Shown: one piece after another, positions 48,759 to 61,020 of the stretch | How the letters are laid out: every line of letters starts with the position of its first letter | Position numbering within the stretch: position 1 is the stretch's first letter | NCBI GenBank assembly: GCA_051362555.1 | Contig: JBPQGU010000016.1 | Span: 6,200,001 to 6,264,000 of the forward strand | Reading direction: 5' to 3' | From: Lingula anatina | Lineage: Eukaryota > Animalia > Brachiopoda | DNA length: 64,000 bases | Position numbers and translations under genes: made by a program | Notes under the pieces: generated by a model | The model's input: the letters and a program-made list of their open reading frames with translations, nothing else | Told to the model about the DNA's origin: nothing | Database searches by the model: none

Positions 48759-51700
48759 ATGTCGACAAAGAAGACAAAGGAGTCAACCCCAAAACCTGAA
48801 AGTGAGTCCAAACACCCTGTGAGAGACAGCAGTGCTGCAGAGCAAATAAATGAACTGGAGAAAGCCATAGCCTGTAGTCATGTTAGTAGCAGAAAAACCA
48901 AAGTATCAGTCAGCAGTGAGAAGGCCAGGTTAGCAGCAAGAAGAAAACTATTAGAAGTAGAGGCAGCAGCATTGAAGGCACAGCAGCAGCTAGAAAAGGA
49001 GGAGATGGAAATCAAGTTAAAGCGGGAATTGGAAGATTTGCAGATGAGACAGAGGAAGGCAAGTTTACGTTTAGAGGCAGACATTTCTATCACAGCAGCA
49101 GAAGAGGAAGCATTAGAGCAAAAGGCACCAGACAGTTTACTCTCTGCACGCCACAGTAACCAGAGTATTAGTGATGACCTCACCAGTGAAAACCTTGCTG
49201 AACATGATGCAGTTCAACGAAGTTCCCAGAAAGAAGTAAGTGCATGGGTTGAAAGTGTTAAGCCAGAGGAGTGTGTACCTAGTGCCATTCAGATACAGCA
49301 GAGATTAATGGACATTGCACTCTTACCTAAAACAGAGATGAGCAGTTTTGATGGCAACCCACTGAAATATTGGTCTTTCATACGTACATTTGATAATGTG
49401 GTAGAAAAAGAAACTATTGACTGTGCTTCAAAACTTTTGAGGTTAGTTCAGTATTGTTCTGGAAAAGCAAAGAAAGCTATTGAATGTTGCTTAGCTATGG
49501 AGCCAGCCCAGGGGTATAAGAGAGCAAGAGACTTGCTGAAGCAGAGGTTTGGAAACTCTTTTATTATATCTGAAGCTTGGATAAAGAAAGTATCCGAAGG
49601 GCCGTACATAAAACCCAATGATAAGATGGCATTAAGAGACTTTTCTGATGATTTACAAGTATGTCTAGAAACTTTGAAGGCAAGTGATCATCTCCAAGAA
49701 ATCAACACCCAGTCAGCACTTGTTAGAATAGTAGCAAAGTTACCAGCTTATCTTCAGTCCAGATGGAGGAAGCAGGTCTTAGGGATACGCAGACAGGACA
49801 GACAACCCACTATAGAGGACCTCTCACAGTTTGTCCAGGATGCAGCTGATGAAGCAAATGACCCAGTTTATGGTAACCCCTTTGATCAACAGAAAACAGT
49901 TCAGAAAAGCAGGCCAAACAGAGGTCAAGACAGGAGCTCCAGTTACAGTGCTACAACATCCAGTTTCCAGCCGCAGCAGACCACATCTAGGCCAGAGGCT
50001 GATAAGATTTGTCCCCAGTGCAGTGGCCGTCATTCTCTCTTTGGTTGTGATATATTTAAAGGCATGAAAGTTGAGGATCGCTTCAAATTCGTACATTCAA
50101 ACAGACTGTGTTACAATTGTCTTAACCCTGGTCATGTTGCACAGAAATGTGGTTTAAAAAGAGTCTGTTCAGTTCCAAACTGCGGAAAAAGACACACAAA
50201 GTTTCTCCACATGCCAGTGCCAGGTTTCCAAAGAGGAGTCGCAACTAACACACCACAGAGCACCTCTAACACAACCCAAGGTAGCAGTGGTTACATAGGT
50301 CAAGAATCCCATCCAAGCAACATGATGAGCCATAGCAGAGTTGTTTTACCCATAGTTCCTGTGACAGTCAGAGGAGTCGACTCGCCAATTGAGGTAACAA
50401 CATATGCTCTTCTTGATAGTGGATCTACTCATTCATTTTGCTCCGTCGAACTATGTAGAAGGCTACAGATTAGAAGCACCACCAGCACCACTATGTCATT
50501 AACCACACTTGAAAGGGCCAACAGTAAAGCGGAGACTTCAGTGGTGAGCTTGGAAGTCAAACAAGTTGGAGGAAGTGATAAAGTGTTACTACCACATGTA
50601 TTCACCAGAACACAGCTGCCAATCAACATAGAACACATGGCAACACCCACAGACATAAGGCAGTGGTCACACCTCAAGGATCTGCAAATACCGCCTGTAG
50701 ATGTTAAGGATGTTACTATGCTAATTGGTCAAGACAATCCTACAGTTCTATTGCCACATGAAGTACGACATGGTTGTTTGAATGAGCCGTATGCAGTAAA
50801 AACTATACTGGGATGGGCGATAAGTGGACCAATGCCAATGGACAACTGTCAAGCAAGAACAAAGGAGCCTAAAGTGACATCAAACTTTCTAACATTAGAA
50901 GATCAGGTCACAAAATTTTGGAAAATTGAAGACATAGATGATCTTACTGATGAGAAGGCCATGTCATACAATGATAAGAAGACACTAAGTATGTGGGAAG
51001 AAACCTTGCAGCAGAATGAAGATCGTCATTATGAAGTTTCTATTCCATTCAGAAAAAGACCACCAACATTGTCCAATAATCTTCAGATAGCCCAGCAGCG
51101 ACTAGGAAATCTGCAGAAAAAGTTGACAAAAGACCCAGTTTTGAAACAAAACTATTGTTGCTACATGAAAGATTTGTTAGAATGTGGATATGCAGAGAAA
51201 ACACCTTTCTCAGCTGAACAAAATGACATGCCTACTTGGTATTTACCTCACCATTCAGTGATAAATCCCAGAAAACCAGAGAAAACAAGAGTTGTATTTG
51301 ACTGCTCAGCAAAATACAAAGGGACTTCCTTGAATGAACAAGCATACCAGGGGCCGGATCTAACTAACAGTCTACTAGGAGTCCTACTTAGATTCAGAGA
51401 AGAGCCAGTGGCAATAATGGCAGACATACAGTCCATGTTCCATCAAGTAAAAGTTCCCCCCAGTGAGAGAAGTGTGTTGAGTTTTTTATGGTGGCCAAAT
51501 GGAGACTTGTCTCAACCAGCTGTAGACCACAGAGTGACAGTACATTTATTTGGTGGTACATGGTGTCCGAGCATTTGTAGTTTCGTCCTCAGACATACAG
51601 CTGAAGTGAACCAGACTGGTTGTGATGAATCAGTTGTGGAAACAGTCAAGAAAAATTTCTACGTAGACGATTGCCTAAAAACACTACCAGACGTGGAAAC

Positions 51701-54260
51701 TGCAGTGAAGTTTATTCCCCAGTTATGCGAGTTGCTAGAATCTGGAGGGTTTAAACTAACTAAGTGGATGAGCAACAAACATGAAGTCTTGGAATCTATC
51801 CCAGTCCAAGAGAGAGCCAAAGGTGTTGAAGTCAACCTCAGTCAACAAGCGTTACCTACAGAGAGAGCTCTAGGTGTTTATTGGAATGTTGAAGAGGATG
51901 TTTTTTGTTACAAAATTGCTCTTAAAGAGAAACCTTTGACGAGAAGAGGTATTTTGAGTATGGTCAGCAGCATATTTGATCCCTTAGGTTTTGCCAGTCC
52001 ATGTATCTTGCAGGCAAAGAAGATCCTACAAGAGTTAACCAGACAGAAATTACAGTGGGATGAATCAATACCAGACCAGGAGAGAGAGAAGTGGTTGGAA
52101 TGGCACAGTAACCTAAAAAAGCTCGAAGAAATGAAGATCAATAGATGTGTTAAATTCTCAGTTGACACAGACATAGTTGATCATTCTTTACATTTCTTTT
52201 CTGATGCATCAGAAACAGCATATGGAACAGTAGCATATCTTCGCACCGTCTGCAAAGATAGAGTACATTGTTGTTTATTGATGGCCAAATCAAGACTAGC
52301 ACCAATCAAGAAAGTGACAATACCAAGACTAGAGTTAATGGCAGCGACATTATCAGTGAAATTAAACCACGTGATACTCAAGCACATTGACTTCAGAGTT
52401 TCAGAGTCTGTTTTTTGGACAGATAGTGCAACAGTACTGAGATACATAACCAATGAAGACAATCGGTACAAGACCTTCGTGGCCAATCGAGTGGCAGTAA
52501 TCAGAGAAGGCTCACAGCCGAACCAGTGGCACTATGTGGATTCCAAAAGCAACCCAGCGGATGACATTTCAAGGGGACAAACAGCAGACCAACTTCTCCA
52601 TAACAAGAGATGGAAAGAAGGACCAAGTTTCCTACGGAAAAATGAAGAGCAGTGGCCAAGTTTACCAGGTGACACATTACATGCAGACAACGACATGGCT
52701 CTGGAAGTGAAAGTCACCTCACATGTGACTCAGGCTCAGAGATCAGAAGACACGGCTGTTGACAAGATATTTCATAGGCAGTCTTCGTGGTATAGACTAA
52801 AAAGAGATGTAGCTTGGTGGTTACGTTTCAAAAACTGGCTAAAAGCTAAAGTACAGGTCAATGCAAGTTGTGACAGTGGATCACTTACTGTTGATGAGTT
52901 ACAAAGAGCCAGTATTGAAATCATCAAATATGTACAGAGACAAGCATTCAGCGAAGAAATAGCAGCACTCAAGAAATCAGACCCTACCAATGCCAAATTG
53001 AGACATAAAAATCTGCATCGTCTCGACCCTCAGCTGTCAGAAGACGGTGTACTTGTAGTAGGAGGAAGATTGACTCAAGCTCCAATACCACATGACGCCA
53101 GACATCAAATGATATTACCAAGACATCACATAGCTGATTTGCTGATCCGACAGTTCCACATTGATTCAGGTCACTCAGGTAGAGAATATGTTTTATCAAT
53201 GACAAGGGAACAATTTTGGATATTAGGAGCAAGAACAGCTATTCGCAGAGTAATTAATGATTGCTTCACATGTAGAAAAAGACAATCTCCCTGTAGCACA
53301 CAGAAGATGGCTGATTTGCCTGCCAGCAGAGTCACACCTGGAAACCCGCCATTCACATACACAGGAGTCGACTACTTTGGACCATTCCACGTTAAACAAG
53401 GCAGAAAACTTGTGAAGCGATATGGGTGCATTTTCACTTGTTTAACCATCAGGGCTATTCACATTGAGATAGCACATTCACTGGATACCAGTTCATTCAT
53501 TAATGCATTACAGAGGTTCATCAGTCGACGGGGCATGCCCAAGGAGATCAGTTCAGACAATGGCACAAACTTCACAGGTGCAGATAGGGAGCTGAAAGAA
53601 GCAGTACAGGGATGGAACCAAACAAAACTAGGTGAATTTTTCAGACAGAGAGAGATTAAGTGGAACTTTAACCCACCAGCAGCCTCACACATGGGTGGAT
53701 CATGGGAAAGACAGATCAGGACAATTCGTAAGGTATTAAGTGGAGTCATGAGAGAGCAGACCTTAGATGACGATGGACTATCTACACTTATGTGCACAGT
53801 GGAAAGCATAGTGAACAGTCGACCACTAACATATGTCTCAGATGATCCCAGAGATCCAGAACCGCTATCACCCAATCATTTGCTCCTTTTACGTTCAGGA
53901 CCAACACTTCCACCTGGTAGATTTCAGAAGGAAGATATGTACAGTCGTAAAAGATGGCGTCACATACAGTACCTTGCTGATTTGTTTTGGAAACGTTGGG
54001 TGAGAGAACATTTGCCATTATTACAAAGCAGACAAAAGTGGATGACTGTAAGACGTGATATACAGATTGGTGATGTTGTTTTAATTGCAGACAACAACAC
54101 TCCAAGAAACATGTGGCAAATTGCAACAGTCATTAAAACTTTTCCAGGGAGAGATGGACATGTAAGATCTGCAGAAGTACAAACTGTCAACACAACTTTG
54201 ATTAGGCCCATAACCAAGTTGTGTATATTGGAAGAGGTCACAGAATGCAGAACTGTGTGA
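48759..54260 (+). CDS. gag-pol: BEL/Pao Gag-Pol polyprotein (1833 aa)
   Basis: Three Gag knuckles (CPQCSGRHSLFGC, CYNCLNPGHVAQKC, CSVPNCGKRHTKFLH), protease ALLDSGS, RT FYVDD, RNase H FSDAS/TIPRLEL/NPAD, integrase HIDSGH..CFTC, GVDYFGP, SDNGTNF, WERQIR; uninterrupted. Confidence 0.98.
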   Translation: MSTKKTKESTPKPESESKHPVRDSSAAEQINELEKAIACSHVSSRKTKVSVSSEKARLAARRKLLEVEAAALKAQQQLEKEEMEIKLKRELEDLQMRQRKASLRLEADISITAAEEEALEQKAPDSLLSARHSNQSISDDLTSENLAEHDAVQRSSQKEVSAWVESVKPEECVPSAIQIQQRLMDIALLPKTEMSSFDGNPLKYWSFIRTFDNVVEKETIDCASKLLRLVQYCSGKAKKAIECCLAMEPAQGYKRARDLLKQRFGNSFIISEAWIKKVSEGPYIKPNDKMALRDFSDDLQVCLETLKASDHLQEINTQSALVRIVAKLPAYLQSRWRKQVLGIRRQDRQPTIEDLSQFVQDAADEANDPVYGNPFDQQKTVQKSRPNRGQDRSSSYSATTSSFQPQQTTSRPEADKICPQCSGRHSLFGCDIFKGMKVEDRFKFVHSNRLCYNCLNPGHVAQKCGLKRVCSVPNCGKRHTKFLHMPVPGFQRGVATNTPQSTSNTTQGSSGYIGQESHPSNMMSHSRVVLPIVPVTVRGVDSPIEVTTYALLDSGSTHSFCSVELCRRLQIRSTTSTTMSLTTLERANSKAETSVVSLEVKQVGGSDKVLLPHVFTRTQLPINIEHMATPTDIRQWSHLKDLQIPPVDVKDVTMLIGQDNPTVLLPHEVRHGCLNEPYAVKTILGWAISGPMPMDNCQARTKEPKVTSNFLTLEDQVTKFWKIEDIDDLTDEKAMSYNDKKTLSMWEETLQQNEDRHYEVSIPFRKRPPTLSNNLQIAQQRLGNLQKKLTKDPVLKQNYCCYMKDLLECGYAEKTPFSAEQNDMPTWYLPHHSVINPRKPEKTRVVFDCSAKYKGTSLNEQAYQGPDLTNSLLGVLLRFREEPVAIMADIQSMFHQVKVPPSERSVLSFLWWPNGDLSQPAVDHRVTVHLFGGTWCPSICSFVLRHTAEVNQTGCDESVVETVKKNFYVDDCLKTLPDVETAVKFIPQLCELLESGGFKLTKWMSNKHEVLESIPVQERAKGVEVNLSQQALPTERALGVYWNVEEDVFCYKIALKEKPLTRRGILSMVSSIFDPLGFASPCILQAKKILQELTRQKLQWDESIPDQEREKWLEWHSNLKKLEEMKINRCVKFSVDTDIVDHSLHFFSDASETAYGTVAYLRTVCKDRVHCCLLMAKSRLAPIKKVTIPRLELMAATLSVKLNHVILKHIDFRVSESVFWTDSATVLRYITNEDNRYKTFVANRVAVIREGSQPNQWHYVDSKSNPADDISRGQTADQLLHNKRWKEGPSFLRKNEEQWPSLPGDTLHADNDMALEVKVTSHVTQAQRSEDTAVDKIFHRQSSWYRLKRDVAWWLRFKNWLKAKVQVNASCDSGSLTVDELQRASIEIIKYVQRQAFSEEIAALKKSDPTNAKLRHKNLHRLDPQLSEDGVLVVGGRLTQAPIPHDARHQMILPRHHIADLLIRQFHIDSGHSGREYVLSMTREQFWILGARTAIRRVINDCFTCRKRQSPCSTQKMADLPASRVTPGNPPFTYTGVDYFGPFHVKQGRKLVKRYGCIFTCLTIRAIHIEIAHSLDTSSFINALQRFISRRGMPKEISSDNGTNFTGADRELKEAVQGWNQTKLGEFFRQREIKWNFNPPAASHMGGSWERQIRTIRKVLSGVMREQTLDDDGLSTLMCTVESIVNSRPLTYVSDDPRDPEPLSPNHLLLLRSGPTLPPGRFQKEDMYSRKRWRHIQYLADLFWKRWVREHLPLLQSRQKWMTVRRDIQIGDVVLIADNNTPRNMWQIATVIKTFPGRDGHVRSAEVQTVNTTLIRPITKLCILEEVTECRTV

Positions 54261-54688
54261 TTTATAGACTTTAGAGACTGTTTCATTATTTTTGTTTTAT
54301 TATGGACTGTTCAGAGACTATGATAACATACAGTATGTTAATTGAATTTCAGTTATTATTCATTTTATGTTAAAGTCAGAGACTGTTATAACAATGGATT
54401 TCATTCATGGAAAAGGATATTCATGGAGGACATTTAAGAAATGGAAAGTGATCAATGAGGACAATAATTCATGGAGGTTACCATGAAGGACATTTGATTA
54501 AGTGACAATAATTAAACAGTGGACATTGTGTTTAAGATTGACATTTAAGGAGTATGGTTAACTTTAGATGTACCATATAACTGATATGTTTATATTATAA
54601 AGTGTACTTCATACATAGAATTAAGTTCTGTCCTTTAGAAGTATATTAGGTAAATGTTCAATTTATAATCTCACATTTAAGGGGCCGG

Positions 54689-55275
54689 TGTAAAGGACAT
54701 AACCTGTCACCCCTACCATATAGTATAGTCCACACACACCCTATTAATAATAGGCACTGCCACTTACCACTTAGCATGAGTAGTTGATTAGACAGACAGC
54801 TTAGGTGCAAGCAGTTGAGTTTATGCAGACATCCAAGAAGATAGAAATTTGTCATACAAAAAGAGGACAAAAAAATTGTAAGTTTCATGTACTTTGCTTT
54901 TAACAACTGTCATTGTTACTATCAAATTCATTATGAGTGAAAATTTAGTTTTAGGGAAATATATTGTGGTATTTAAAAGTCTCAGTAAAATTTGGGTGTG
55001 GACTCGTGGATAATTCAAAAGAAATGTCATTTTTCTTTATTATTTAATGTATTCACTTTATTAATATTTATTTATCTGTTTGTTTCTTTATTTCTATATA
55101 TAATGTGCTCTAGGTTTTTTGTCAGTTATTTAAGCATTTTTTCTTTTATTTTATTTACAGATTTGAACCATACACACATGAGTATCGTCACACAAGTTTG
55201 TGTAAAGAGACAATAAACTAACCGTATGAGTACAAATACAGTCTTCTCTTTTGTATTGAAGTGTCACCCGTCACA
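54689..55275 (+). repeat. 3' LTR (587 bp)
   Basis: Direct repeat of the 5' LTR. Confidence 0.97.
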
Positions 55276-58200
55276 ATAAACATTGGATGAGATTTGACAA
55301 AACTATTAACATTTAACTGTTTTAAGTCATGAAATTTGCCAACTTATTTTCAGTGTAATTTTGAGTTTTCTCTAATATATCGTCCGAAGAAAATATTTTT
55401 CATTGGACACAGTCAACTGATCAGCTTATCACCGATTTTTATTGTTGTTAAGCATCATTTGTGCAAATTTCAGAAATATTGGTCAAGATTCAAATCATCA
55501 CATTTGCTGTTTTCTTTGATAGCAAATAATACATTGCAATATTGAAATATTTGTTTTGGTCAATTCTCACATTTCTGATTATCAATTTCCAATAAACTTG
55601 GCTCTTAAAAAAAAAACACAGTCAACTGATTAGCTTATCATAGATTTTTATTGTTGTTTAGCATCTTTTGTGCAAATTTCAGAAGTATTGGACAAGATTT
55701 GACAAAATTATTAACATTTAACTATTTTGAGCCATGGAATTTGCCAGTGTTTTTGTGGTAGTTTTCTGTTTTCCGAAATATATTGCCCCAAAGAATACTT
55801 TTCATTGGATACTGACAACTGATCAGCTTTTTACAGACTTTTATTGTTGTTAAGCATTATTTGTGCAAATTTCAGAACTATTGGACAAGATTTGTCAAAA
55901 TTATTAACATTTAACTATTTTAAGTCATGGAATTTGCCAGTGTTTTCAGTTTAATTTTAATTTTTCTCAAATATATCGTCCATAGAAAATACTTTTTATT
56001 AGACACACAGTCAACTGATCAGATTATCACAGATTTTTATTGATCTTAAGCATCATTTGTTAAAATATCAGAAATATTGGACAAGATTTGGCAAAATTAT
56101 TAACGTTTAACTATTTTAAGTCATGAGGTTTGCCAGTTTTTTCAGTGTAATTTTCAGTTTTCTGAAGTTTATTGTTCTTTCTTTCCAGAGTACCCTTACC
56201 ATGAAAAAGCAGGCAGTGAAAGACAGCAGCAAGAGCAGAACTAGGTCTTATTCATGTGTGCAATACATGACATGTGGCAAGATTTAGGATAAATATGTCA
56301 AATATTGTGCTAACAACAATCCATTCCAGAAACTCATTGTGAGGAGTAATCTGCATCTGACATTAATAGTAAGGAGGAGTCTTGTATGGATATATATTGT
56401 TTTCCAGATGACAGCTATAGGTAACTTGCAACCTCCTACACAAACAAACTCAAATCATCACATTTGCTGTTTTCTTTGATAGCAAATAATACATTGCAAT
56501 ATTGAAATATTTGTTTTGGTCAATTCTCACACTTCTGATTATCAATTTCCAATAAACTTGGCACTTAAAAAAAAACACAGTCAACTGATCAGCTTTCCAC
56601 AGACTTTTATTGTTGTTAAGCATCATTTGTACAGATTTTATAAACATTGGATGAGATTTGACAAAATTATTAACATTTAACTATTTTAAGTCATGAAATT
56701 TGCCAACTTATTTTCAGTGTAATTTTGAGTTTTCTCTAATATATCGTCCGAAGAAAATATTTTTCATTGGACACAATCAACTGATCAGCTTATCACCGAT
56801 TTTTATTGTTGTTAAGCATCATTTGTTCAAATTTCAGAAATATTGGTCAAGATTTGTCAAAATTATTAACATTTAACTATTTTGAGCCATGGAATTTGCC
56901 AGTGTTTTTGTGGTAGTTTTCTGTTTTCCGAAATATATTGCCCCAAAGAATACTTGTCATTGGATACTGACAACTGATCAGCTTTTCACAGACTTTTATT
57001 GTTGTTAAGCATTATTTGTGCAAATTTCAGAACTATTGGACAAGATTTGTCAAAATTATTAACATTTAACTATTTTAAGTCATGGAATTTGCCAGTGTTT
57101 TCAGTTTAATTTTAATTTTTCTCAAATATATCGTCCATAGAAAATACTTTTCATTAGACACACAGCCAACTGATCAGATTATCACAGATTTTTATTGATG
57201 TCAAGCATCATTTGTTAAAATATCAGAAATATTGGACAAGATTTGACAAAACTATTAATGTTTAACTATTTTAAGTCATGGGTTTTGCCAGTTTTTTCAG
57301 TGTAATTTTCAGTTTTCTGAAGTTTATTGTTCTTTCTTTCCAGAGTACCCTTACCATGAAAAAGCAGGCAGTGAAAGACAGCAGCAAGAGCAGAACTAGG
57401 TCTTATTCATGTGTACAATACATGACATGTGCAAGATTTAGGATATTGTCAAATATTGTGCTAACAACAATCCATTCCAGAAACCCATTGTGAGGAGTAA
57501 TCTGCATCTGACATTGATAGTAAGGAGAAGTCTTGTATGGGTGTATATTGTTTTCCAGATGACAGTTATAGGTAACTTGCAACCTCCTACACAAACAAAT
57601 TCAAATCATCACATTTGCTGTTTTCTTTGATAGCGAATAATACATTGCAATATTGAAATATTTCTTTTGGTCAATTCTCACACTTCTGATTATCAATTTC
57701 CAATAAACTGGGCACTTAAAAAAACACAGTCAACTGATTAGCTTATCACAGATTTTTATTGCTGTTTAGCATCATTTGTGGAAATTTCAGAAGTATAGGA
57801 CAAGATTTGACAAAATTATTAACATTTAACTATTTTGAGCCATGGAATTTGCCAGTGTTTTTGTGGTAGTTTTCTGTTTTCCAAAATATATTGCCCCAAA
57901 GAATACTTTTCATTTGACACTGACAACTGATCAGCTTTCCACAGACTTTTATTGTTGTCAAGCATCATTTGTACAGATTTTATAAACATTGGATGAGATT
58001 TGACAAAATTATTAACATTTAACTATTTTAAGTCATGAAATTTGCCAACTTCTTTCAGTGTAATTTTGAGTTTTCTCTTTTATATTGTACAAAGAAAATA
58101 CTTTACGTTAGACACAGTCAACTGATCAGCTTATCACAGATTTTCATTGATGTCAAGCATCATTTGTTAAAATATCAGAAATATTGGACAAGACTTGACA

Positions 58201-59635
58201 AAATTATTAACGTTTAACTATTTTAAATCATGGAATTTGCCAGTGTTTTCAGTGCAATTGAGGTTTCTCAAATATATTGTCCAAAGAAAATACTTTTCAT
58301 TAGTCACACAGTCAACTGATCAGATTATCACAGATTTTTATTGTTGTTAAGTATCATTTGTAAAAATTTCAGAAATATTTGACAAGATTTGACAAAATTA
58401 TTAACGTTTAACTATTTTAAGTCATGGAATTTGCCAGTGTTTTCAATGTAATTTACAGTTTTTTCAGTTATATTGTTCTTTTTCCAGAGTACCTTTACCA
58501 TGAAAAAGCAGGCAGTGAAGTTTAAGACAGCATCAAGAGCAGCACTCTGTCTTATTCATGTGTACAATACATGATATGTGGCAAGATTTAGGACATTGTC
58601 AAATATTGTGCTAACAACAATCCATTCCAGAAACCCATTGTGAGGAGTAATCTGCATCTGACATTGATAGTAAGGAAAGGTCTTGTATGGGTATATATTG
58701 CTTTCCAGATGACAGCTATAGGTAAATTGCAACCTTCTACACAAACAAACTCAAGTCATCACATATGCCATTTCTAGCTTCGATAGTAAATAATACATTG
58801 CAATATTGAAATATTTGTTTTGGTTATTAACGTAAGGAGTAGTTTGCATCTGGCATTGAAAGTAAGGAGAAGTCTTGTATGGGTATATATTGATTTCCAG
58901 ATGACAGTTACAGGTAATTTGCAACCTCCTACACAGACAAACTCAAATCATCACATATGCCATTTCCTTCGATAGTAATTAATACATTGCAATATTGACA
59001 TATTTGTTTTGGTTAATTCTCACACTTCTGATTATCAATTTCCAATAAACTTGACACTTAAAAAAAAGACACAGACAACTGATCAGCTTATCACAGACTT
59101 TTATTGTTGTTAAGCATCATTTGTACAGATTTCAGAAACATTGGACAAGATTTGTCAAAATTATTAACGTTTAACTATTTTAAATCATGGAATTTGCCAG
59201 TGTTTTCAGTGTAATTTTCAGTTTTCTCAAATATATAGTCCAAAGAAAATACTTTTCATTAGACAAAGTCAACTGATTGGCTTATGACAGATTTTTATTG
59301 TTGTTAAGTATCATTTGTAAAAATTTCAGATATATTTGACAAGATTTGACAAAATTATTAACGTTTAACAATTTTAAATCATGGAATTTACCAGTGTTTT
59401 CAGTGTAATTTTTCAGTTTTCTCAAATATAACGTCCAAAGAAAATACTTTTCATTAGACACAGTCAACTGATCAGCTTATCATAGATTTTTATTGTTGTT
59501 TAGTATCATTTGTAAAAATTTTAGATGTATTTCAGTTTTTTTCAGTTATATTGTTCTTTTTCCAGAGTACCTTAACCATGAAAAAGCAGGCAGTGAAGTT
59601 TAAGACAGCATCAAGAGCAGCACTCTGTCTTATCA

Positions 59636-61020
59636 AAACAAAACACTGAGCTTGCTCTTCTGAGAATAAAAAATGACCTTCTGACTGGTGTTGACAATCA
59701 TTCTGCAGTCTTACTGGTGCTATTAGATCTTTCTGCAGCATTTGATACAGTTGACCATGACACTCTTCTATCATTCTTCGAGAAATCAGCTGGAATTAAG
59801 GACAAGGCGTTGTCTCTCCTACGGTCTTATCTTACTGGTAGAACACAGCAGATATCCATCAACGGTGTACTTTCAGATCTTGAGCAGATGATTTTTGGTG
59901 TTCCACAGGGCAGTGTTCTTGGACCGATTAAATTTTGCATGTACACACTACCCTTGGGTACTATACTACGACATCATCAAGTTGGCTATCACATATATGC
60001 AGACGACACCCAGTTGTACCTTAACTGTGATATTCTTAAGCCTGGAGATGCAATAACTAGAATGACCTATGCCATTTCAGATTTGCGAGAATGGATGATC
60101 AAAAGTAAACTAAAATTAAATGATGAAAAAACCGAATTCATGGTCATCACTCAACCACACTCAAAACACTTAGCTGAAGGACTATCTCTACAAATTGGAT
60201 CTGCAATAGTTGGGGTTTCTCCTCATGCAAAACATCTGGGGGTGTATTTTGATACTACTTTAAACATGGACAAGCAGATAGCCAACGTGAAAAAATCTTG
60301 TTTGTATCACATAAGAAACATCAGTTCCCTACGAAATAATTTAACAGATTCTGCCACTGCCACGGTCATTCATGCCCTAGTAACATCAAGGCTTGATTAC
60401 TGTAACTCCTTGCTTTATGGATGCAGCATAGAAAGAACAAAGAAAGTCCAACGCATTCAAAATATATCAGCACGTCTTCTTACCCGAACTTCAATGGAGA
60501 ATCACATGACACCGATATTAAAACAACTTCACTGGCTACCTGTAAACGCCCGGATCTTATTCAAACTTTTAACTCATGCTCATGCGGCTTTTTACGGACT
60601 TGCACCAGATTTTATTTGTGATCTTGTATCTCATTACACACCAAACCGTACCTTAAGATCTAAGGATCAATTATTACTAAAACCACAGAACGCAAGACTA
60701 AAATCTTTTGGCGAAAAATCATTCCAGTACGCAGCACCACATGAGTGGAATAAATTACCTCTAGACTTGAGAAGCATTAGCTCAGTGAAGGATTTTAAAA
60801 AAGCTTTAAAAACATACCTTTTTCACAAATTTTATTAAAGAACATTTTATAACTCGGAAATATTAACTGGACATCATTATCTTAACTCAGACTATTAAGT
60901 CATAATTTTATTAATTCAATTCATCTTACTGTGTTTTAAGTTTTTAGTTTGTAAAGTCTACAGAACATATTTTATGGATTTTAGACTTTAAATAAATATA
61001 TTATTATTATTATATTATTA
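59636..61020 (+). mobile_element. 5'-truncated non-LTR retrotransposon, L2/CR1 group
   Basis: Begins mid-RT (NTELALLRIKNDLL...LLDLSAAFDTVDH), has a short 3' UTR and a (TAT)n tail, and splits satellite sequence ctgtcttatc|catgtg with TTATC at both junctions. Confidence 0.92.
59717..60838 (+). CDS. Reverse transcriptase, C-terminal part of LINE ORF2 (frame open from ~59642)
   Basis: LDLSAAFD, GVPQGSVLGP, YADD, LKLNDEKTE, LGVYFD, SRLDYCNSLL, LHWLPV motifs typical of the L2 clade; no stops. Confidence 0.93.
   Translation: MLLDLSAAFDTVDHDTLLSFFEKSAGIKDKALSLLRSYLTGRTQQISINGVLSDLEQMIFGVPQGSVLGPIKFCMYTLPLGTILRHHQVGYHIYADDTQLYLNCDILKPGDAITRMTYAISDLREWMIKSKLKLNDEKTEFMVITQPHSKHLAEGLSLQIGSAIVGVSPHAKHLGVYFDTTLNMDKQIANVKKSCLYHIRNISSLRNNLTDSATATVIHALVTSRLDYCNSLLYGCSIERTKKVQRIQNISARLLTRTSMENHMTPILKQLHWLPVNARILFKLLTHAHAAFYGLAPDFICDLVSHYTPNRTLRSKDQLLLKPQNARLKSFGEKSFQYAAPHEWNKLPLDLRSISSVKDFKKALKTYLFHKFY

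Larger units (their letters stand above)
48073..55275 (+). mobile_element. Full-length BEL/Pao LTR retrotransposon
   Basis: TG...CA LTRs 48073-48659 and 54689-55275, TSD ATAAA (48068-72, 55276-80), PPT-like AAGGGGCCGG before the 3' LTR, single polyprotein with Gag-PR-RT-RH-IN order. Confidence 0.98.

Noticed and set aside
48066-55216. Short ORFs in the LTRs and antisense to gag-pol; env gene
   Set aside because: Shadow ORFs; the ~430 bp between the pol stop and the 3' LTR has no ORF able to encode Env.
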